A stretch of DNA of 59,053 nucleotides from an uncultured Gammaproteobacteria bacterium (GTDB lineage Bacteria; Patescibacteriota; Microgenomatia; Daviesbacterales; UBA10151). Shown here one piece after another: positions 16,918-25,847 of this stretch; the first letter of the stretch is position 1; each line of letters begins with the position of its first letter. The notes beneath the pieces are model-generated. The model worked only from the letters and a program-made list of their open reading frames with translations, ran no database searches and was not told the DNA's origin. The position numbers and the translations under genes were made by a program. The stretch spans positions 10,135 to 69,187 of the forward strand of contig CAZFYQ010000007.1 of assembly GCA_964523905.1 (NCBI GenBank), read 5' to 3'.

Positions 16918-18627
16918 TTACTTTTTGTATTGTTGATTATACATCTCAATAAGCTCTTTAACAGTGGTCGCATCCTCCGCTTTTTTGTCTTTATCCCGAA
17001 AACTAACCAGTCTAGGAAATCTTAAGGCATAACCGGCACTATGATTTGGGCTAACAGTGATTTCATCAGCTAACACCTCAATTACAATTTCCGGTGCAAT
17101 CCAAACAGAGGGAGTTAATGTGGAATTTACTCTGGCTGGTTTTTTATCAGTTTTAATTTTATCAGCGCGTTTGTGAATTTCTCTCCATTCTTCATCAGTT
17201 AAACCAGTACCAATTTTAGAAACAGTTACAAATTCATCTTTAGCTTTATCATAAACTCCTACCAAAAGAGCCCCGGCACCAAAAGCTGATCTTTTCCCGC
17301 GACCAAAAATATAACCTAAAATCACACAATCAATCGTGTCTTTAAGTTCTCCGGATGAATGACGTTTTAATTTAACCCAGTTAAAATTCCTGGCTCCAGC
17401 TTCATAGGGAGAATCTAACCTTTTAACTACCAGTCCCTCCAGCCCATCAGCAATATACTCATCCAACATGGTTTGTAATTTTTTGGGATCGTCTGTTACT
17501 TCCCCCAGCTCCGGAAACAAAGTTTCACCATCTTTAATAGTAGTTTTCAAGATTTTTAACCGCTCAGTTAAGGGTAAATCAATTAAGGATTTGCCGTCTT
17601 TATATAAAATATCAAAACAAAAGGCTTTCAAAGGAATTTTTTTAGCTAGCTCATCAATGCCATATTTTCTACGTCTTTGAGTGGTTTCCTGAAATGGTAA
17701 AAATTCCCCACTTTCCGGGTTAAATCCAATGGATTCTGAATCTAAAATCGCGGTTTTAGCATGAATTTGTTTTAAAGCTCCTGCTACTACTTCCGGAAAC
17801 ATTGGCGTAGTTTCTTCTAAGTTTCTGGAAAATAGCCTCACTTTGTTTCCATCTTTGTGAATTTGTACCCTAAACCCATCCAATTTTCTTTGAGCATTAA
17901 CTTCCCCCATTTTCTCAATAACTTTTTCCGGATTTGGTAGTCTTTCTGCCAGCTGGGAACGGATGGGCCGTCCCACCACCACGGATAATTTCTCAACAGC
18001 TTTTAAACCACCAGCCCACAGTGTTTCTCCAATAAGTCCAAGATCTGAGACCCGGTTATATGCTCCTTCCAAAAGTTTTCTCTTAGATTTGTCACCCAGT
18101 TTTAACTTGGCAAAAGCATCCAAAATAGTGGGATCTCCAATTCCTAAACGCGAAGCTCCAAGTGGAACCCTAACCAAATGCTTGGCCGAAACCCCATCCA
18201 TTTTATCCAGCAGACCAGAGAGTAAAACAATTTTCTTTTCTACAGTCCCATCCCCATTCGTTTTAGCAATTTCTGTTAGGATCTCAAAAACTTGTTTTAT
18301 TCTTAAATCATTAATCTTTAATCTTAAATCTTTGGCATATTTTTCCGCTACCACTCCCAAATCTCCCACCTTCCCAAATTCTTTCAACACTTCTTCCCGA
18401 TCCACTTTATATGCCCGGGCAATTGCCTGAGCTACCAGCTTTTCACTCATCCCCATCTCTATAGCTTCATAAAAAGGCGCCACCCTGCCTTGCAAAAGAT
18501 ATGAAACCATCCCCACTTCTTCTTTGGAAACATCTTTAAAAAGCTCAGACAAAATATCTATCAAAGAAAGTCTGGAAGAGGTCCCTTCCAGCTTTTCAAA
18601 ATACTCAGCTAGCTTACTGAATGTCAT
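16918..18627 (-). CDS. lig: ATP-dependent DNA ligase (archaeal/eukaryotic Lig1-type)
   Basis: 569 aa with the adenylation motif KLDGFR and DNA-binding, adenylation and OB domains. Contains an AT-rich heptamer tract (DLRLKINDLRIK). Confidence 0.85.
   Translation of the reverse strand: MTFSKLAEYFEKLEGTSSRLSLIDILSELFKDVSKEEVGMVSYLLQGRVAPFYEAIEMGMSEKLVAQAIARAYKVDREEVLKEFGKVGDLGVVAEKYAKDLRLKINDLRIKQVFEILTEIAKTNGDGTVEKKIVLLSGLLDKMDGVSAKHLVRVPLGASRLGIGDPTILDAFAKLKLGDKSKRKLLEGAYNRVSDLGLIGETLWAGGLKAVEKLSVVVGRPIRSQLAERLPNPEKVIEKMGEVNAQRKLDGFRVQIHKDGNKVRLFSRNLEETTPMFPEVVAGALKQIHAKTAILDSESIGFNPESGEFLPFQETTQRRRKYGIDELAKKIPLKAFCFDILYKDGKSLIDLPLTERLKILKTTIKDGETLFPELGEVTDDPKKLQTMLDEYIADGLEGLVVKRLDSPYEAGARNFNWVKLKRHSSGELKDTIDCVILGYIFGRGKRSAFGAGALLVGVYDKAKDEFVTVSKIGTGLTDEEWREIHKRADKIKTDKKPARVNSTLTPSVWIAPEIVIEVLADEITVSPNHSAGYALRFPRLVSFRDKDKKAEDATTVKELIEMYNQQYKK
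18301..18335. repeat. AT-rich heptamer tract (TCTTAAA family x5) in the DNA ligase gene
   Basis: TCTTAAA TCATTAA TCTTTAA TCTTAAA TCTTTGG, translated as KDLRLKINDLRIK. Confidence 0.75.
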
Positions 18628-18662
18628 ACTTGGATTTTATATTAATGGATTCGGGTAAACAA

Positions 18663-18681
18663 CTGCTTAAAACTTAAGCAG
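18663..18681 (-). terminator. hairpin overlapping the response-regulator stop codon (possible terminator)
   Basis: Perfect 8-bp stem CTGCTTAA/TTAAGCAG, followed on the minus strand by TTGTTT. Confidence 0.35.
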
Positions 18682-19081
18682 ACTGAATGAGCTGCCTGGC
18701 GTGATCAACCATTTCTTGATAGTCAGTCATCTTTATGGGTTTGTATTTAACTTTTATACCAGCATCCTTTAATCCACCTTGAGGGAGTGCCCCAGGATTG
18801 CCTGTGTAAATCCAATACGACTGTGGTGAAGTTATTTGCCTTACTCTTCGAATTGATTGCATTTGAAGCAACATCTCAACTCCATCCATGCCTGGCATTT
18901 CCAGATCACTAAGTATCAGTTGGTGGAACTCAGGATTAGATTCTACAATCTCAATTCCTTCAGCAGGGGTAGCAACATCTGTAACATTTTGCCCTAAGAC
19001 ACTAAACATCGTCGAAGCCATTTTTCGGACTCCATTATCGTCATCTACTACTAAAACATTAATTGGTATTTCTACGCTCAT
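18674..19081 (-). CDS. stand-alone response-regulator receiver domain
   Basis: VLVVDDD acidic pocket, phospho-acceptor context LILSDLEMPGMDG, and a conserved Lys region. Confidence 0.8.
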   Translation of the reverse strand: MSVEIPINVLVVDDDNGVRKMASTMFSVLGQNVTDVATPAEGIEIVESNPEFHQLILSDLEMPGMDGVEMLLQMQSIRRVRQITSPQSYWIYTGNPGALPQGGLKDAGIKVKYKPIKMTDYQEMVDHARQLIQSA

Positions 19082-19156
19082 AAGTTATTTATTATACTAC
19101 AGGATACTCATTAAAACAAGTTTTGCTTATTTGGGGATTTGCTGTAGAATAATTTT

Positions 19157-19462
19157 ATGGAAGCCACAGCAGAAATTTCTATACCCACATCAGAACCTAT
19201 GCCACCACTTAGATACAATAGAAAGCTTGCCCGCTGGATGGGCGAAAATTTTGACCCTGAAAAGATTCCTCAAAGTTACAAAGATATGGGAAATGATAAA
19301 AAGGGAAGGCCCATTGGTCCTCGCCAGTTAGTTAAACAAATGGTTGATATTATAAAAATAAACAAAGTAAGAGGTACTCTGGCAGCAGCTGAACCAAAGC
19401 TTAAACAGGCGATCGAGGCTCATGTTAAAACTTCAGCAGCTCCTACTTCAGTAAGTAAGTAG
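19157..19462 (+). CDS. hypothetical protein (101 aa)
   Basis: ORF preceded by a TAGAAT box 6 nt upstream of the ATG. Its 3' end overlaps the convergent Fic gene by 20 nt. Confidence 0.4.
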   Translation: MEATAEISIPTSEPMPPLRYNRKLARWMGENFDPEKIPQSYKDMGNDKKGRPIGPRQLVKQMVDIIKINKVRGTLAAAEPKLKQAIEAHVKTSAAPTSVSK

Positions 19463-20519
19463 CTTTTTTGGTGCCGCCGACTTTTTTAATTAAACCTTTT
19501 TTACGCAGAAACATTAGCTCACGAAGCACTGTATCATCTGAAAAATCAGGGAAAATTTTGCGAAAATCTTTGTTAGTCATTGATTTATGACGATGCAAAT
19601 ATTCCATAATCATCATTTGTCTTTCATTTAAGGTTAGCTGCTCCCCTAACCGGTCTTTAACCCGAGCATCCACCGAAATTCTTTGTACTTTTTCTTTTAC
19701 TCGATTAAGTTCTATGGCCACTCCTTCTGTAAAATATTCGAGCCAAGGGGACAAATCCCGTTCATGAGTATCTAAAACCAGCTGGTTTGAAACCGATTGC
19801 AAAGTTAAATAATACTGCATCGGATTATCATCAAAATATTCTTCCAAGGAAAAGAACTTCCGAATATCATAGCCATCTAAAAACATCACCAAAGTTGCCA
19901 CTGCCCTAGCCACCCGACCATTACCATCCACAAACGGATGAATCCGAGCCAGTTCATAGTGAATAATCCCGGCTTTAATAATCGGATGCATAAGTTTTGC
20001 CTCATCAGAGTTTATCCAATCCACTAAATCCTCAATTAAATACGGCACCTCAGCTGCAGGAGGTGGTGTATAGGAAATTTGTCCAGTTTTGCTATTTTTA
20101 ATCACCACTTGTCTGACTCTAAATTTACCGGATGCCTCAGGTGCCAGTACTTTATCCGTGGTTAAACGGTGCATTTCCAAAATGGTTTCCATGGTAAAGT
20201 TGTAATAGCCAGAAGCACCAATTTGCACTTGCACGCCGTCGATAAACTTTAAAACATTTCTATAGTTAATAATTTCTTGAATATCACGCTCCCTGGCAAT
20301 TACTTCCTGACCTTCCAAAACATCTTTAACTTCTTCCTCTGATAGCGGATTTCCTTCCAAATGCGTGCCATGATGGACTGTCCGCTCCATAGCCTCTTTT
20401 CTAAACTTCGCTTCCCAGGCCGGAATTAAAGGCGCATTCATAATCACCTCTTTAGAAGCTTCTACAATACCAATATCTTTTAAAATTTTGTTAGTTATCG
20501 AGTATTTGGGGATGAACAT
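19443..20519 (-). CDS. Fic-family protein with C-terminal winged HTH
   Basis: Canonical Fic motif HPFVDGNGRVARA. Confidence 0.85.
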   Translation of the reverse strand: MFIPKYSITNKILKDIGIVEASKEVIMNAPLIPAWEAKFRKEAMERTVHHGTHLEGNPLSEEEVKDVLEGQEVIARERDIQEIINYRNVLKFIDGVQVQIGASGYYNFTMETILEMHRLTTDKVLAPEASGKFRVRQVVIKNSKTGQISYTPPPAAEVPYLIEDLVDWINSDEAKLMHPIIKAGIIHYELARIHPFVDGNGRVARAVATLVMFLDGYDIRKFFSLEEYFDDNPMQYYLTLQSVSNQLVLDTHERDLSPWLEYFTEGVAIELNRVKEKVQRISVDARVKDRLGEQLTLNERQMMIMEYLHRHKSMTNKDFRKIFPDFSDDTVLRELMFLRKKGLIKKVGGTKKATYLLK

Positions 20520-20558
20520 TACCAGATTATCGCTTATTTACCGCAAAAAATCTATTCT

Positions 20559-23500
20559 TTAGGTCTTCAAGTACTCTTGCCAGGACTTAATTTCTAAATC
20601 ATCCAGCTTTTTGGTAACCAAAGCTGTGGCTAAAAGCTCTGCTGCCTGCAAATTAGTAATCAAAGGCACTCCCAAATCAATACAATTTCTTCTAATAATA
20701 AATCCGTCAGTTTGCGCGGTTGTCCGACCCGGCTCACTAATATTAATCGCTAAATCAATCTCTTTTTTAATCAATAAATCCAAAACCGAAGGGCTTTTGG
20801 CCTCTGAGATCTTGTAAACCCGGGTGTTTTTAATGCCCTGTTTTAGTAAGAAAACCGAGGTTTGCTCTGTGGCATAGATCTTGAATCCTTTTGCGCTTAA
20901 GTTTTTGGCACTGCTTAGAAAATCCAGTTTATTTTTCTCTCCTCCCACTGACAAAAAGATGGATTTTTCCGGCAACTTAAATCCAACTGATAGCAGCGCT
21001 TTAAGATATGCTTCTGGTAAATCATCCCCAAAACAAGCCACTTCCCCTGTTGAAGACATTTCCACTCGCAGTCTGGGGTCAGCTCCTTTAATTCGATTAA
21101 AAGAAAACTGCGGAGCTTTAACTGCCACATAATCTAAGTCTAAAGTCTTGTTCTCAATAACAGGGGTTTTGCCTAAAATTACTTCAGTGGCAATCTCCAC
21201 AAAATTATTGCCAGTCACTTTGGAAACAAAAGGAAATGACCGGGAAGCCCGTAAATTAAGTTCAATTACTAAAATTTTATTATCTTTTGCTATAAACTGG
21301 ATGTTAAACGGACCAGTGATATTTAATTCTTTTAAGATTTTTCTGGTGGCGGACTTTAGTTGTCTGACTGTTTCTAAATACAAACGTTGTGGCGGCAATA
21401 CCATGGTGGCATCTCCGGAGTGAACCCCGGCATTTTCAATATGCTCAGAAATAGCATAAATCAAAAGCTTTCCATTTTGACCAACCCCATCTATTTCTAT
21501 TTCTTTAGCACCTTCAATAAACTTAGAAATCACCACTGGATGCTCAGCCGATACCTTGGTGGCTTGTTTTAAGAATTTTTTTAGATCCAGTGAGGAAAAA
21601 GCCACGTTCATCGCTGACCCAGATAAAACATACGATGGTCTGATTAAAACCGGATAACCAATCTTTTTGGCAAATTTAACTGCTTCATCAATTGTTTTTA
21701 AATTCATCCAGGCCGGCTGTTCAATTCCTAGCTTATCTAAAATTCCGGAGAATTTATGCCGATCTTCTGCTTGATCAATTGATACTGGAGAAGTTCCCAA
21801 GATTTTTAATCCCGCTTTGAAGCACTGTAGTGCTAAATTATTTGGTACCTGTCCTCCGAATCCTAAGACTAGGCTACCGCCCTCAATATCATAAATATCC
21901 GAGACTCGTTCAAAAGTTAACTCATCAAAATAAAGTTTATCAGCACTGTCATAATCCGTAGAAACTGTCTCTGGATTACAATTAATCATGATTGTCTCCA
22001 AACCGTTTTGCTTTAAAGTGTAAGCTGCAGTTACCGAACACCAGTCAAACTCTACCGAAGACCCAATCCGGTACGGCCCTGATCCCAGTACTATTGCCTT
22101 ATCATTTGTTTCTTGGTGGTTGTTTCTTGTTTCTTCACTCTCTTCTCCATGATATGTCAGATATAAATAATTAGTTTTAGCCGGATATTCTGCAGCCAAA
22201 GTATCAATGTGTTTTACTTTCGGTACTATGCCACTTTTTTTCCTGAAGTTTCTAACTTCTTGTTCGGTTTTTTTCAAAGCCTTAGCGATTAACTTATCCG
22301 AAAACCCCAGTTTCTTAGCTTCTTTGATATTTTCTACCTGTAAACTGTTAACTGTACCCTGTAACCTTTTCTCAAACTCCACCATCTGCTTAATCTGGTG
22401 CAAAAACCAAGGATCAATACCGGTAGCCTGATAAATACTGTCAACTGACTCACCTTCTGCAAACCTTTGAGAGATAATAAAAATTCTCTCAGTAGAAGGA
22501 GTCAGTTTGGTTTCATCAAGGTTACTGGCCAACAATCCATCCTGCCCTATTTCCAAACTTCTGATCGCTTTTTGTAATGCCTCGGGAAAACTTCTGCCAA
22601 TCGACATTACCTCTCCTACTGACTTCATTTCTGAGCCGATACTATCTTTAACATTGGCAAATTTCTGCAGATCCCAGCGCGGTATTTTAACTACCAGATA
22701 ATCCAAACTAGGTTCAAAAAAAGCAGAAGTAGACAGTGTCACCGAATTTTTCAGTTCTGGCAAATCGTAACCTAAACCAATCTTGGCGGCGATATAGGCC
22801 AATGGATATCCGGTAGCTTTGGAGGCTAAGGCAGATGATCTGGAAAGCCGGGCGTTCACTTCAATCACCCGGTAATCATTATTTTCCGGGTTTAAGGCAT
22901 ATTGAATATTACATTCTCCCACTATCCCTAAATGCTCAATTACTTGCAAAGATAATTTGCGTAAAAAATGATACTGGTAGTTATTTAAAGTTTGAGAAGG
23001 AGCCACCACAATACTCTCACCAGTATGCACACCTAAAGGATCTAAGTTTTCCATATTACAAACCGTAATTTTATTACCAAGCCCGTCTCTGACTATTTCA
23101 TATTCAATTTCTTTCCAGTGTTTTAAGTATTCTTCCACTGCCACTTGCGGAGCATGTCTTAAGGCATTCTCCAAAACCCTTTCCAGCTCTTTACTATCTT
23201 CCACCACTGAAGATCCCAATCCTCCTAAACTAAAACCAGACCGCACCAGTAACGGAAATCCGAGTCTTTGACCAATGGTTAATCCTTCTTTGACTGACCT
23301 GGCAAATCCGCCTTTGGGAACTTTAACATTAATTTCTGCCAGAGTCTTGGCAAACAGCTCCCGGTCTTCAGTAATTTCAATTGACTTAACCGGTGTTCCT
23401 AAAACTGTTAAATGATATTTTTTAAGCACTCCGCTTTTATGCAGTGCCAAACCACAATTTAAAGCTGTTTGGCCACCAAAAGACAACATTAAACCATCTG

Positions 23501-23732
23501 GTTTCTCCTTGGCGATCACTTTCTCGACAAAATACGGCGTTACGGGGAGAAAGTAAACTTTATCAGCCAAGTTTTGAGAGGTTTGAATGGTGGCAATATT
23601 AGGATTAATTAACACTGTCTCTATTCCCTCTTCTTTTAAAGCTTTTAAGGCCTGGGAACCGGAATAATCAAATTCTCCTGCTTCACCAATTTTTAATGCA
23701 CCTGAGCCTAACACCAGTATCTTTTTCATCAT
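20559..23732 (-). CDS. carB: carbamoyl-phosphate synthase large subunit
   Basis: 1057 aa with duplicated ATP-grasp halves and an MGS-like C-terminal domain. 4-nt overlap with carA. Confidence 0.95.
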   Translation of the reverse strand: MMKKILVLGSGALKIGEAGEFDYSGSQALKALKEEGIETVLINPNIATIQTSQNLADKVYFLPVTPYFVEKVIAKEKPDGLMLSFGGQTALNCGLALHKSGVLKKYHLTVLGTPVKSIEITEDRELFAKTLAEINVKVPKGGFARSVKEGLTIGQRLGFPLLVRSGFSLGGLGSSVVEDSKELERVLENALRHAPQVAVEEYLKHWKEIEYEIVRDGLGNKITVCNMENLDPLGVHTGESIVVAPSQTLNNYQYHFLRKLSLQVIEHLGIVGECNIQYALNPENNDYRVIEVNARLSRSSALASKATGYPLAYIAAKIGLGYDLPELKNSVTLSTSAFFEPSLDYLVVKIPRWDLQKFANVKDSIGSEMKSVGEVMSIGRSFPEALQKAIRSLEIGQDGLLASNLDETKLTPSTERIFIISQRFAEGESVDSIYQATGIDPWFLHQIKQMVEFEKRLQGTVNSLQVENIKEAKKLGFSDKLIAKALKKTEQEVRNFRKKSGIVPKVKHIDTLAAEYPAKTNYLYLTYHGEESEETRNNHQETNDKAIVLGSGPYRIGSSVEFDWCSVTAAYTLKQNGLETIMINCNPETVSTDYDSADKLYFDELTFERVSDIYDIEGGSLVLGFGGQVPNNLALQCFKAGLKILGTSPVSIDQAEDRHKFSGILDKLGIEQPAWMNLKTIDEAVKFAKKIGYPVLIRPSYVLSGSAMNVAFSSLDLKKFLKQATKVSAEHPVVISKFIEGAKEIEIDGVGQNGKLLIYAISEHIENAGVHSGDATMVLPPQRLYLETVRQLKSATRKILKELNITGPFNIQFIAKDNKILVIELNLRASRSFPFVSKVTGNNFVEIATEVILGKTPVIENKTLDLDYVAVKAPQFSFNRIKGADPRLRVEMSSTGEVACFGDDLPEAYLKALLSVGFKLPEKSIFLSVGGEKNKLDFLSSAKNLSAKGFKIYATEQTSVFLLKQGIKNTRVYKISEAKSPSVLDLLIKKEIDLAINISEPGRTTAQTDGFIIRRNCIDLGVPLITNLQAAELLATALVTKKLDDLEIKSWQEYLKT
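22106..22133. repeat. heptamer tract (TTGTTTC family x4) in carB
   Basis: TTGTTTC TTGGTGG TTGTTTC TTGTTTC, translated as EETRNNHQETN in the linker between the two CPS halves. Confidence 0.7.
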
Positions 23733-24778
23733 TTTATTGACTCCAGAAATTCATCAAACAAAAACCCTGCGTCCATTGGTCCAGGGGCTGCTTCCGGATG
23801 AAATTGCACTGCTAAAAAAGGCTTGGTTTTATGCCTGATTCCCTCATTAGTACCATCATTTAAATTAACAAACCATTCCTGCCAGTCTTTACTTAAAGAT
23901 TTCATATCCACGGCAAAGCCATGATTTTGAGAAGTAATAATGGCCCGACCAGTAGACTGATTAATCACCGGCTGATTTTGTCCTCGGTGGCCAAATTTTA
24001 GCTTGTAGGTATCTCCTCCTGCAGCCAAGGCTAAGATTTGACTGCCTAAACAAATTCCTAAAGTTGGAATGCCTTTGTTTAAAACCCCACGGACGTTTTC
24101 GATGGTTTGTTTAGCTTGTTTAGGATCACCTGGTCCATTTGAAATAAATACTCCGTCAAACTTGAAACTAGCAGTTAAAGGATCAAAGTCCCAAGGCACT
24201 CTGGTTACCTTTACTCCTCTTTTAACCAAACTTCTAACAATATTTTCTTTAGCTCCGCAATCAATCAAAATAATATTTTTCTTGCCCTCTCCAAAAACTT
24301 CTACTTTATTTGTGCTTACATTTGCTAGAACATTTTCAGAATTTGGATCATAAATTTGATTTGAGATTTGAGATTTGAGATTTGAGATTTTTCCTAGCAT
24401 AACTCCATGTTCTCTTAATTTTCTGGTTAGTTGTCTGGTATCAATTCCCTGCACAGCTGGTATACCCTCATCTTTTAACCATTGACCCAAAGTGCGTTCA
24501 GATTCAAAATGAGATGGATTATCAATATAATTTTGCACAATTAAACCTTTAACCTGAATTTTTTTTGATTCCCAAAACTCTTTAGAAGGAACTCCGTAAT
24601 TACCCACCAAAGGATAGGTTAAAACAAGAATCTGGCCATAATATGATGGATCAGTTAGAGATTCCGGATAACCAACTAAACCGGTATTAAAAACTACCTC
24701 TCCTGAGGTGCTACCCTCTGCTCCAAAACTTTCTCCTAAAAAAACTGTCCCATCGGACAGAGTTAATTTACCTTGCAT
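23729..24778 (-). CDS. carA: carbamoyl-phosphate synthase small (glutaminase) subunit
   Basis: Class I GATase with GICLGSQ (Cys) and FHPE (His). Contains the GATTTGA heptamer tract (NLKSQISNQ). Confidence 0.95.
   Translation of the reverse strand: MQGKLTLSDGTVFLGESFGAEGSTSGEVVFNTGLVGYPESLTDPSYYGQILVLTYPLVGNYGVPSKEFWESKKIQVKGLIVQNYIDNPSHFESERTLGQWLKDEGIPAVQGIDTRQLTRKLREHGVMLGKISNLKSQISNQIYDPNSENVLANVSTNKVEVFGEGKKNIILIDCGAKENIVRSLVKRGVKVTRVPWDFDPLTASFKFDGVFISNGPGDPKQAKQTIENVRGVLNKGIPTLGICLGSQILALAAGGDTYKLKFGHRGQNQPVINQSTGRAIITSQNHGFAVDMKSLSKDWQEWFVNLNDGTNEGIRHKTKPFLAVQFHPEAAPGPMDAGFLFDEFLESIK
24358..24390. repeat. heptamer tract (GATTTGA x4.5) in carA
   Basis: Perfect GATTTGA repeats, translated as NLKSQISNQ. 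Confidence 0.85.
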
Positions 24779-24795
24779 AATCTCCTTTTTTCTAT

Positions 24796-25719
24796 CTAAA
24801 GCCTTCCTAAAACTAACGCTAGTAATGCTTCTCTAATATATAAACCATTCCTGGCTTGTTGAAAATAAATTGCTTTAGGAGATGCATCGACCTCAGGATC
24901 TATCTCACCTACTCTAGGTAATGGATGCATTAAAACACAATGTTTGGGTAGAACTTCCAAAGTTTTTTTATTAATTACATAGGCATATTTTTTGGTATCC
25001 CCTGTCATATATTCTTTTGGTATTCTTCCTGCGTAAATTACATCTGGTTTGATCTGGGCTAGAGTTTTATTTAGGTCTTTCATATTGATTGTCATATCTT
25101 CAAAATTATTGCTTCTAAATTCTTTTTCCATTTCTAAACCAGCTGGAGCAACTCCGTACATCTTATTATTCTTAAATTTGTTTAAGGCAATAGCTAGACT
25201 TCTCATTGGTCGGTAATGTTTGGGGTCACCAACATAAGCTATCTTTATATCATCTAGTCTGCCAAAAACTTTAAATATAGTATAAAGATCTAACAGAGTC
25301 TGGGTAGGATGTTGATTTGGACCATCCCCTCCGTTAATTACTGGAATATCAGCAATATCTGCTGCTCTTTTTGCTGAACCAACTTCAGGATGTCTGATAA
25401 TTAATACATCAGCATAAGCATCAATTATTCTAATAGTATCTTCAAAAGTCTCACCTTTATGAATACTGGTTGACTCCGGATCATTAAAACCGATAATCCC
25501 CATACCGATCTTTTGGGCGGCTGATTTAAAGGATTGTTCAGTCCTGGTGGAGGGTTCAAAAAATAATAACCCGGCAATTTTACCCTGGGCAATGGTGTAA
25601 TTAGAGCGATCGCTTTTGACAAAAGTAGGATCAAATTTTTTGGCGATTTTAAGGATATAAAGTAATTCTTCTTTAGAAAAATCGTTTATGTCTATAATGT
25701 CCCTACCTTTAAAATTCAT
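24796..25719 (-). CDS. pyrB: aspartate carbamoyltransferase catalytic subunit
   Basis: FFEPSTRT, HPTQ and HPLPR motifs. Confidence 0.95.
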   Translation of the reverse strand: MNFKGRDIIDINDFSKEELLYILKIAKKFDPTFVKSDRSNYTIAQGKIAGLLFFEPSTRTEQSFKSAAQKIGMGIIGFNDPESTSIHKGETFEDTIRIIDAYADVLIIRHPEVGSAKRAADIADIPVINGGDGPNQHPTQTLLDLYTIFKVFGRLDDIKIAYVGDPKHYRPMRSLAIALNKFKNNKMYGVAPAGLEMEKEFRSNNFEDMTINMKDLNKTLAQIKPDVIYAGRIPKEYMTGDTKKYAYVINKKTLEVLPKHCVLMHPLPRVGEIDPEVDASPKAIYFQQARNGLYIREALLALVLGRL

Positions 25720-25728
25720 AATTTTTCC

Positions 25729-25835
25729 AAAAAAAATCCGCCCTAGGCGGATAAAATTTGATATTCAAACTGATTTCTAACTCCGTAAACTCGCATAACC
25801 TTGGTTAAGTTTACTCACATCCCACTAATCTGTCA
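25729..25835 (-). promoter_or_regulatory. pyrB leader: promoter, 17-codon leader ORF and intrinsic terminator (candidate attenuator)
   Basis: Minus strand: TTGACA (25835-25830), 17-nt spacer, TAAACT (25812-25807). Leader ORF 25796-25743 encodes MRVYGVRNQFEYQILSA. Its TAG stop lies in the loop of the hairpin ATCCGCC-TAG-GGCGGAT, which is followed by T8 (25752-25729). The pyrB ATG is at 25719. Confidence 0.5.
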
Positions 25836-25847
25836 AGTAAATAAAGT

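Noticed and set aside
16893-16973. An N-terminal extension of the 16197 ORF (track start at 16973).
   Set aside because: It would overlap the ligase 3' end by 56 nt. The internal MERLSRRKLL start gives a typical Tat-like or signal N-terminus.
18888-19331. A 147-aa plus-strand ORF.
   Set aside because: Its first 190 nt are antisense to the response-regulator gene. The alternative frame, 19157..19462, starts in the intergenic region just after a -10-like box.
20611-23068. Eight plus-strand ORFs of 60-91 aa and one minus-strand ORF (20915..21130), all inside carB.
   Set aside because: These are shadow ORFs, antisense to or out of frame with a 1057-aa gene with unambiguous homology. The same reasoning applies to the ORFs within ftsH (42183-43675), the ligase (17468-18430), polA, carA, pyrB, the kinases and other genes.
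25753-25806. A PyrR-binding anti-antiterminator in the pyrB leader.
   Set aside because: No UCCAGAGAGG-type loop is visible and no pyrR gene is in the window. A leader-peptide model fits the sequence better.
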